Of a stretch of 64,000 nt of DNA, positions 29,501 through 34,178 are shown in pieces. The DNA comes from Myxococcota bacterium. GTDB taxonomy: Bacteria > Myxococcota > JACRCW01. The notes under the pieces were generated by a model. The model saw only the letters and a list, made by a program, of their open reading frames with translations. It did not search any database and was not told where the DNA came from. How positions within the stretch are numbered: position 1 is the stretch's first letter; every line of letters begins with the position of its first letter. The position numbers and the translations under genes are program-made. Location of the stretch: contig JBFMGU010000017.1 in NCBI GenBank assembly GCA_040752415.1, positions 1-64,000 of the forward strand, in the 5' to 3' direction.

Positions 29501-30870
29501 TGGTGACCAACGACCCCAACGGCCTCAACGGAACTGTCACCTATGCATACGACGCTGTTGGCAACCGGCTCACGCGGACCTCCACGCTGCCAGGAGTGAC
29601 GGCGCAGACGTTTTTCTACAACGAGAACGATCAACTCTCCGACCACGTCTACAACACCAACGGTGCCACCGTTGATGATGGCAGTCAGACCTATGCGTAC
29701 AACTTTGAAGGTCACCTGGTTGATGTGGATGGTGGTCGTGTCACTTTCCAATATGACGGGGATGGAAACCGCGTCGCGCAGACCATTCACGGCACAGCTG
29801 CGACAACCACGTTGTTCTTGGTCGATACGCTCAACCCGACCCGTTACAGCCAGGTCGTGGAGGAAGTGGAGAGCGGTCTTATTGCCCGCCGGTACACGTT
29901 CGGCGTTGGTGTTCTGGCACAACAAGTCGCTGGAGCTACTCACTTGATGGGGGTCGATGGAAGAACGTCGGTGCGTCTTCTGATGGACGCTGTTGGCACG
30001 ATTACGGACGAGTGGACGTATGACGCCTTTGGTGCGACGACTTTCCGCGAAGGAACAACACCCACGCCTTACCAGTACCTCGGCGAGAGGCATTATTCCG
30101 AGAGTGGATTGGTCCATCTGAGGGCGAGAGACGTGGCACTTGGAGTGGGTCGATTCCAAAGCATGGATCCCCATCCAGGGCTTCTTGACCGGCCATCTTC
30201 GTTGCACAGGTATGTCTACGGTGCGAATGACCCGGTGAACCTTGTGGACCGGTCGGGCCTGCTCACCACGCCCGAGGTGCAAACAACCACGGTTGTTCAG
30301 ACCTCTCTTCAGGCGATGCCGAAAGTCATCATCTCACCGACGATTCTCCCTTTCGCCGGTGCGATTTTGGTTGCAGGCGCGGCTGCTGTCGGCGGTGCGA
30401 TTGCCTACCAAGTAGCCGTTGCGTTCAAGTATAAGAACAACGATGCGGCGTGCGGCCGGCTGGGGGCCAAGAAGCTCTATCGGGCAATGACCGAGGCGCC
30501 CGATGGGTACCCGGAGACTTCACCGCCGAGTTCTAGCACGCTGGCCGCGCGGATTAATGTGGACGTTCATCCGTTCCCAGGCCGGTTTGGACCCGACACC
30601 GTTGCGCCGGCCGACGAAGGGATGTCGGTGGCGCCAGATTACATCGGGAATCTGTTGGGCCGCCTTCCGCGATCTCTTGGGGGGCCGAACAACAAGCCGG
30701 CATTTTGCATCAACGTTGATCAATTGCCCGAAGATCTCCGGTACGTTCCTGATCCAACCAAGCCCGGCGTTCATGGGTTTGTGGGACCATCGCGGGAGAT
30801 GTCCTTCGACGACTACCAAGGTCATCTCGCGAGCACCCGGCTCTCTTGGCTCAAGGTTGCAGACAAGTAA
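20521..30870 (+). CDS. Rhs/YD-repeat polymorphic toxin with N-terminal SBBP beta-propeller, Ig/PKD-like domains and a C-terminal Tse2-like toxin domain
   Basis: Signal peptide MRTLQQK...VHAG; SBBP repeats (YSTfLGG..D...a.avd..G..YvaG.T.S.dFP); PKD-like 'P.V.AG.D' repeats; 'RTYDSRDKRQGDFGVGW'; many YD repeats; core end 'YVYGANDPVNLVDRSG'; variable C-terminal tip. Confidence 0.9.
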   Translation: MRTLQQKITVVHAVFLTAMLASESVHAGARSAQRGVPGHPIAVFHKPPTQPDAFMTHGRGYALWLVPEGMVLALRKPQGAPSALHIDPERPCLAGDVEEQAETSIIQIRFPGAASRPRLRAEDPRTTKVNYLRGDDSTRWIRGLTTHGRVRHEGLYRGVDLVSYGSAGELEFDFEVKPGASPRAIAMEFRGADRLELDPMGSLLIHTPAGAVTLLPPQAYQKGPSGNEEVKASFEVISRTQARFVLGKYDRARTLIIDPVLLYSTWLGGDGDERGLGVAVGSDGSAYVVGDTWSWNFPVRNPLQAQIRGDLDGFVTKLSPTGDSIEYSTFLGGGGYDAFERALVTSSGQLYTIGSTRSHDFPVVNAFQSSYGGGPYDGMIVRLDSTGTNLEMSTYFGGDGDDAVHAIALGPAGEIHLVGHVTSGNFPLKRPMFGYTGGFDGWVARMTADGRSLDFSTYYARGADIYGLALDVFGNIWVAGHVASNLPPVNALDGQLGGSADAFVAKINAAGDAVHFATYLGGSGLDGARAVELDAQGNAYVAGWTTSADFPLVSPVQDHLGGTTTHDYYRGDAFLTKVDANGTALMFSTYLGSEKDDSAWDLAVTGDGVAYAIGSVGGPSFPIVDGYQPVFGGPVDDRLFWGDGFLAVVDTTSASLIYSTFLGGSSADYAYGVALGPFGDVYVSGITTSSDFPVTQPVVPRRGGRDAFLIRVLVEGAQVQDLHVEPRLAGRIVGAEHCVVATVTDNNGDPVGGVAVAFNVSPTHAAQEMITTDETGVATFCYAGEREGTDDVTVVADTLQDVVTVVWTAPQACPANTQPGHGSAIRYVGSTTAACDEVAELTAQLVGQQGEPLAGRTLVFTAEEQELQAVTDDAGVARVRAILPNPGALTVTFAGDAAYDPSSLLQVLQPDALPTTLLVTGPRHLTAGAAGVVSAVLQDGVTGAPLAGETVTFAAGADVVEAVTDATGLATATVTAGADATSINAYFAGSPCHATSSASMAVRVLTGDTFVIWGGNSTGLHLGDRVNFWGAQWAKQVQEGDYDAHAEFKGYAEVNGDVRLCQVQSNRHSTPPLNPGCWTSKPGNSHPPVMTAPARVQALVATSIDKQSGVVFGNIAGVVVLELDAAPAYGPDPGHPGYGTIVEVVMAGEGVGLPLPSELTPRLSVTQLQDVTTNAGTPLTVTLHVVNTGNVAVVDGTATLAAPWGEPALQTAALGALPVGAATDVTFVVTSPSLRRRPDESAAAYEARLAAEDGRRLATVSSIAARTADGRSHEILGAGSSTTLRVPRLSLALHAPACAGAGAAVFYDVTVANVGSAGASQPRVLVRFADGSEELLILPDLPQGAAVTRTVSWRPPSPPARALNESEEDYLARLSSLNEAPLVTTASAVWTGEANGQYGAVEGAATSLNGIPVLELLAAVTPGGHPGEDVNLDVLLLNRGHGNAFLVGVQVTMHDGTIEHASVDSIGAGESEHVVFSWPLPPVAVRGSSESDAAYRQRLLDAAGRVVMNAVVQWHDAAGGALGPLQREASTVPRVPIVDVQIQGPPEVTASQSIRYQVTIANVGTGAASDVRLTVSLPDGSVRSLPPMVLGVGGERDLEVPGIVPASGLGPTLTARGEARWSDVAQAYGPLGNNAVATALNSAPRVEAGANVSLVLPQRTVALQGIAVDDGLPGGAVSATWSLVDGPGAVSFSNVNALQTSVTLTATGLYTLRLTATDTVLSARDDVVIELGEAQNQAPVVNAGPDLAMVWPADSVELLGAVTDDELPPTGALQTIWTVVSAPGDVTFGDSRSSTTTATLTARGTYELELVATDGVLFATDRVVVTYTLPANDPPVVSAGNDVTLTWPDNVVALDGYVADDGRPVGGALVAQWSQVSGPRSVVFADTGAVDTTVEFRAAGTYVLRLAAYDGQDAASDSVQVNIMGTGGGGPAPVVGALSLQDGTIITQPTTVAASIQSDALERWDLEYRELGAETWNLFGSGTTQSVGGTLDPTLLLNGLIQVRLVATDTAGQVTEGEAIFVEVDGNMKVGNFTLAFTDLSVPVMGIPIEVTRTYDSRDKRQGDFGVGWQLGIKNVRLQESGIVGSRWRMDVINGFFDTYCVRPVRQKRVTVTLPDGDVHEFVPRLEPQCQSIIPQQEATVVFVPQPGTTSTLTPLNDYVLVAGNTSGDFPLIDADTLDVMDPELYILKLRDGRRLMVNDDGKLLSIRDLNGNTLDINDDGMVHSSGQSISFERDALGRITSINDPLGKSLTYRYDARGDLASVTDREGQETTFAYNATHGLLDIFDPRGVRAVRNEYDADGRLLSHTDASGNVIAYVHDLAAQVETVTDRLGNVTTHEYDSRGNVLRTVDAEGGVTTRSYDGFDNKLSETDPLGNTTFYTYNDERDVTSVTDALGHVTQSTYNTFGSVLTHTDARGKVSRNFYDVKGNLETARDPTGAATDYQYTPYGQPWWMRDALGRITLYAYDPNGNLSSETDPLGHVTSYTYDANGNRASQTTTRTTPDGVEKLITGYVYDSENRLVETVHPDGTTTSTRYNAIGKQASTTDGLGRETRYVYDDHGRLTETQFPDGTTEGVTYDAEGRRLTSTDRGGRVTRYEYDRVGRLTKMIHPDRMFRMTTYDLAGRVVAETDENGNTVTFVYDDAGRRTVVRNALGHSTRSDYDENGNLTSVTDANEHTTTFAYDDVGRRVKTTAPNGTYRTTGYDALGRRISETDELGRTTQYGYDELGRLTSVTDALVQVTSYGYDELGNMVSQTDANGHTTRFEHDKLGRRVKRTLPMGQSETMSYDAVGNMTSRTDFSGHTTTYAYDELNRLLSKTPDPALNEPTVSFTYFSTGQRQSMTDAWGATTYSYDDRDRLLTKATPAGTLTYTYDDVGNVRSIRSSNAGGTDVQYEWDAANQLAAVVDSNTGTTTYAYDPVGNVAGMTLANGVVSQSVYDEQNRLTDLSYMRGTMEIARYTHTIAPTGHRTGVAETSGRQVAYTFDELYRLTSEMVTNDPNGLNGTVTYAYDAVGNRLTRTSTLPGVTAQTFFYNENDQLSDHVYNTNGATVDDGSQTYAYNFEGHLVDVDGGRVTFQYDGDGNRVAQTIHGTAATTTLFLVDTLNPTRYSQVVEEVESGLIARRYTFGVGVLAQQVAGATHLMGVDGRTSVRLLMDAVGTITDEWTYDAFGATTFREGTTPTPYQYLGERHYSESGLVHLRARDVALGVGRFQSMDPHPGLLDRPSSLHRYVYGANDPVNLVDRSGLLTTPEVQTTTVVQTSLQAMPKVIISPTILPFAGAILVAGAAAVGGAIAYQVAVAFKYKNNDAACGRLGAKKLYRAMTEAPDGYPETSPPSSSTLAARINVDVHPFPGRFGPDTVAPADEGMSVAPDYIGNLLGRLPRSLGGPNNKPAFCINVDQLPEDLRYVPDPTKPGVHGFVGPSREMSFDDYQGHLASTRLSWLKVADK

Positions 30871-30878
30871 GGTAAGGG

Positions 30879-31376
30879 ATGCGTCGAATGGCGATCATTT
30901 ACGAACTCTCCATAGAGTGCCCAGAGCGACCTGACGCTGACGTTCTTGCAGGAGCGTTTGCAGGTATGCGAATCCTCGTCGATGGTGGGTTGGAGTGTGT
31001 TTGCACAGCCCGAACTCAGAAGGACCGGGACGGGTGCTGGTGGACGTTGCTTCATAGTGATCAGCTGCCGCGAAGCGGGCTCCATACCGAAAGCGACGCA
31101 CGACAGGCGTCTCAATTCGGTGCTCGGCTCTACGACGAACTTCGCAAGCACGCCGGATATCGTTATGCGCGTGCAGGAATCGAATCGGAATTCTTTGTGA
31201 CCTATCGAGAGCTGCTACTCCCAGAGAATGCAATTGAGCTGTCAAGCGCGGGGCTCGTTTTGCATGAACAGGTATGGGCAAAGTTGAATCGCCCCACCTC
31301 TTTTGTTTCGTTCTCTCGACATTACGTTTGGATTCCATATCAAGGGGAGAGATGCACACCAGTGGTGGACTCGTAG
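30879..31376 (+). CDS. Putative immunity protein for the Rhs C-terminal toxin
   Basis: 165-aa ORF (alternative start 30888) 8 bp after the Rhs stop, same strand, same reduced GC as the toxin tip. Confidence 0.7.
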   Translation: MRRMAIIYELSIECPERPDADVLAGAFAGMRILVDGGLECVCTARTQKDRDGCWWTLLHSDQLPRSGLHTESDARQASQFGARLYDELRKHAGYRYARAGIESEFFVTYRELLLPENAIELSSAGLVLHEQVWAKLNRPTSFVSFSRHYVWIPYQGERCTPVVDS

Positions 31377-31414
31377 CGTCACGTCGTCGTAGGCGGTATA
31401 GCCTGTGGACCACG

Positions 31415-31612
31415 TGAGCCGGGTCCGGCCGCGGAGGCGCAGGGGACGGGAGTGGACGGGCGGCAGCGGGCGGCGTTTGCTGGTGCAGCTATCGGTGCTT
31501 TGAGAATGGCGTGCTTGTCTTGCGGTAGCGCAGGCGTCCTGCAGGTGGTGAAGGAGAGGTCTGGGTGGTGCCGGTTGAGCCGGGCCGGCCGCAGAGGCGG
31601 AGGGGCCGGGAG
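31415..31612 (+). repeat. Imperfect ~37-bp direct repeat (31415-31452 and 31576-31612)
   Basis: tgagccgggtccggccgcggaggcgcaggggacgggag vs tgagccgggccggccgcagaggcggaggggccgggag. Confidence 0.75.
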
Positions 31613-31636
31613 CGACTGAGTGGTAGCCCGTCGGGA

Positions 31637-31664
31637 AGTTGACAGAGCGCACCTTACGCGACGC
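31637..31664 (-). other. dif-like XerC/XerD site 1
   Basis: Minus strand reads GCGTCGCGTAA-GGTGCG-CTCTGTCAACT (11-6-11). Confidence 0.55.
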
Positions 31665-31730
31665 GGAAGCCGGTACGGCCATGCTGATGAGTGACGACGT
31701 GGAGATGGCTGCATGGCCTGTGCCGGACCC

Positions 31731-31758
31731 GTGTTACGTAAGGCGCGTTCTGTCACGC
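31731..31758 (+). other. dif-like XerC/XerD site 2 (outer end of the D arm degenerate or interrupted)
   Basis: GTGTTACGTAA-GGCGCG-TTCTGTCACGC; inverted partner of site 1. Confidence 0.5.
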
Positions 31759-31830
31759 GACGACGTGACGCGGGCCATGCTCACCGCTTTGTCGACGTCA
31801 AATGCATGGCCCGTGGCACGGAGGAGCATA

Positions 31831-32763
31831 CTTTCCCGACGGGCGTCAGCGGGCGAGGCCCCGGAGCCGTAGCGGCCGGCCCGGCGCGAGTGGGTGAGCG
31901 GGCGTGGGTTTTCCGTCGACAGGAGCCGAGGCCTGCGAGGACCGCATGGCCCGAGCAGGCCGCAGGCGACGCAGGTGGTGAACCAGATGGGCAGCGACGC
32001 CGTGCCGGCGAGACGCCGCATGGCGACGAGAAGGCGCAGGCGAGCGGAGTGGGGAACCGGGGCAGACGAAACGGCGGAGCGTCGCTGGTGCGGTAGAGTG
32101 GGAGGCACGGCCATGCCTGAGCTCACGGAGTTCCTGTCCGTCGACACCCACTTGGGGCTGAGACTGCTTTGCTGGCGGCTTCGACTTCGACTTGGCACTT
32201 CCGCATTTCAATACCGGCACGACGACAAGGGGGAAGTGGCGGCGGCAGCGGTTGAACGCGCGCTCCTCACGATCGTGCGGCCGAAGCCGGTCCAGTCGTC
32301 ACAAGGATGGGCCGGATGGCTCCCGCAGTTCGTCCGGATAGGAGTGATGATCGCGTTACCTTTGGAGCATGTGCATCCCGTCGATGCGCACTCTGCGACG
32401 AGAGAGCTTGTTCCCAAGGTTGCGCAAGCTTTGGCTGACGTAACGTACGGCGCGGTGGAACACGAGTTCACAGCGGTCGATCGGGTGGCAGTGGTGCTTC
32501 GCTCCACGTCGTACTTTCCTCGGACGCCGCTCGAGCGCTTGCAGGACCTGCTTGGCATGCGAACTCGCGGGTGACTGTCGGCCTTTGCGTCTCCATGCTC
32601 GCGCGTCGGCCGCGCCTACTCTCTCGACGGTGGCGACGCAGTACGGCGCGTCCTCCGCCGCTGCGCGCGGAGCCGCACCCACTCGACCAGTTCCTCGTTC
32701 ACCCTCTTGCGCCGGGCCGGCCGCTGCGCTCCGGGGCCTTGCCCACTGGCGCCCGTCGGAAAG
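31831..32763. repeat. ~70-bp GC-rich inverted repeats (31831-31900 / 32696-32763) enclosing one ORF
   Basis: ctttcccgacgggcgtcagcgggcgaggccccggagccgtagcggccggcccggcgcgagtgggtgagcg vs the reverse complement ctttccgacgggcgccagtgggcaaggccccggagcgcagcggccggcccggcgcaagagggtgaacg; about 60 of 70 positions match by manual alignment. Confidence 0.85.
32113..32574 (+). CDS. Orphan hypothetical protein (153 aa), cassette-like
   Basis: GGAGG RBS 7 nt before ATG 32113; lower GC than the flanks; no family recognised. Confidence 0.6.
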   Translation: MPELTEFLSVDTHLGLRLLCWRLRLRLGTSAFQYRHDDKGEVAAAAVERALLTIVRPKPVQSSQGWAGWLPQFVRIGVMIALPLEHVHPVDAHSATRELVPKVAQALADVTYGAVEHEFTAVDRVAVVLRSTSYFPRTPLERLQDLLGMRTRG

Positions 32764-32791
32764 GTTTACAGAATCAGATCTTATCCAACAT
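32763..32791 (-). other. dif-like XerC/XerD site 3 (7-bp spacer)
   Basis: Minus strand reads ATGTTGGATAA-GATCTGA-TTCTGTAAACC. Confidence 0.65.
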
Positions 32792-32864
32792 GGCCGGTCC
32801 GTCACGTGGCATGCATCGATTTGACGACGTGACGCACTGGCATGCCACGCGCCGGCATGCGGCC

Positions 32865-32893
32865 ACGTCGGATAAGACTGAGTTATGTAAACC
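32865..32893 (+). other. dif-like XerC/XerD site 4 (7-bp spacer)
   Basis: ACGTCGGATAA-GACTGAG-TTATGTAAACC. The right arm matches the B. subtilis dif arm TTATGTAAACT at 10/11. Confidence 0.72.
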
Positions 32894-32938
32894 CGCATGC
32901 CCCGTTTCGAGCATGCCGGTGCCTCACACACCAGCCCG

Positions 32939-33508
32939 CTACTCATCCGGAACCCGCGCACCCATGGTCACCGTGAATCCCTCCTCGTGGCTCCCAGTAG
33001 ACCTGCTTCCCATCGCGCGCTCACCGGCTCCCCGCCAGTCCGCATGGTGCGTCCGCGCCGTCCCCATGAGTTCCCGCTGAACGGGTCCCGCCGCGGGCCC
33101 TCCCGCCCCACTCGCCCCAGGTGCGCGCGCAATCCACGCAACCAACGACGCAAACCCCGCCGTCGTCATCCCGAGAAGCAGGGCGGACCAGACCACGGTC
33201 GCCAACCACCTGACACGACGCATGACGCGCTCAACACCGCGCGGGCAGTCCCGCGTGATCACCGTTCCATCCCTGCGCCGGTACAGCCGCACGCACACGC
33301 GGCCCTCCGCGCGCTGGAGCAGCGCTTCCGCTTCTTCCGTCGTCATGGCGGAGAGGTTGTAGACGTTGAGGTTGCACAGGTCGCAATGGCGAACCCGCTC
33401 GTTCCCTCGCATCCGCGACCAATCCGCCTCACACGGCGTCGCCACGCGAATCTGCTGCAGCCTCCGTGGCCTCACGGGAAGCGGACTTGCCGGCGTGGCT
33501 GGCGTCAT
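32939..33508 (-). CDS. Hypothetical membrane protein with N-terminal Cys-cluster domain
   Basis: 'PCEADWSRMRGNERVRHCDLCNLNVYNLSAMT...GRVCVRLYRRRDGTVITRDCP', one TM helix, repeated 'MG' motifs in the tail. Confidence 0.75.
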   Translation of the reverse strand: MTPATPASPLPVRPRRLQQIRVATPCEADWSRMRGNERVRHCDLCNLNVYNLSAMTTEEAEALLQRAEGRVCVRLYRRRDGTVITRDCPRGVERVMRRVRWLATVVWSALLLGMTTAGFASLVAWIARAPGASGAGGPAAGPVQRELMGTARTHHADWRGAGERAMGSRSTGSHEEGFTVTMGARVPDE

Positions 33509-33615
33509 CGTGCGTAGAAACGCGCGGTCGCCGCGGAATCCTCCCGTCCTTCGAAACAGGTGTCCCGCTTGAGCACCCCCGCGCCTTTGTGTGCGATTGT
33601 TCCACCGGCTACGCC

Positions 33616-34170
33616 ATGATCCTCTTCGATCTCACCTACGAGCTCACCCTCGGCGTGGTCGCCGCGGCTCTCGCATCACGTCGTCCCCATGCCCGACAGA
33701 CCATCTTCACCGACGGGCTCCTCGTCTCCTCCCTCATCTACATCCCCACGTGCATGGCCGCCTTTGCCGCGTGGCCCGCGTGGCAGACCATGTACTTCGT
33801 CGACGTCACCAACCCCGCGCACGCCCTCTGGGCCGCGGCAACGAGCGGCTCCGGTCTTGCCGCCTGCTACGTGCTGGGCTTCCTGTTGGCCCGCCGGCTC
33901 GTCAGCACGCGCGGAATGCGCGCCCTGTACGCGTTCCTCGCCGTCCTCTGGCCCTGTATCCTGAGCTTCATCTTCGTCCTCACCTGGGAACGCGCCTTCA
34001 CGGTGACGACGTACGCCGACTTCCATTCTTCCCGGACATTCGAAATCCGCTGGGGCACCCCCGACAGCCTGCTCGGTGGTCCCCTGACGACGTTCCTCGT
34101 CGTTGGCGGCGTCATCAACGCGCTTGCCGTGGCCATCCTCGTGCTTCGCACGCGGCCTCGTGCCCCCTGA
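33616..34170 (+). CDS. Hypothetical integral membrane protein (~5 TM)
   Basis: Hydrophobic segments, 'WPAWQTMY' motif, good GC3 bias. Confidence 0.7.
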   Translation: MILFDLTYELTLGVVAAALASRRPHARQTIFTDGLLVSSLIYIPTCMAAFAAWPAWQTMYFVDVTNPAHALWAAATSGSGLAACYVLGFLLARRLVSTRGMRALYAFLAVLWPCILSFIFVLTWERAFTVTTYADFHSSRTFEIRWGTPDSLLGGPLTTFLVVGGVINALAVAILVLRTRPRAP

Positions 34171-34178
34171 GCAGCGGG

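Noticed and set aside
26476..30282. 1268-aa minus-strand ORF
   Set aside because: Shadow of the Rhs YD repeats.
31639..32220. Short ORFs overlapping the hairpin/arm region
   Set aside because: They run through palindromic repeats and have no RBS or protein-like composition.
32865..32893. The true chromosomal dif site
   Set aside because: The spacer is 7 bp rather than 6 and the site has an inverted partner. It cannot be fully excluded without GC-skew data.
31400..32900. CRISPR array or classical integron attC array
   Set aside because: No regular repeat-spacer period, no RYYYAAC...GTTRRRY boundaries, and no cas or intI gene in the window.
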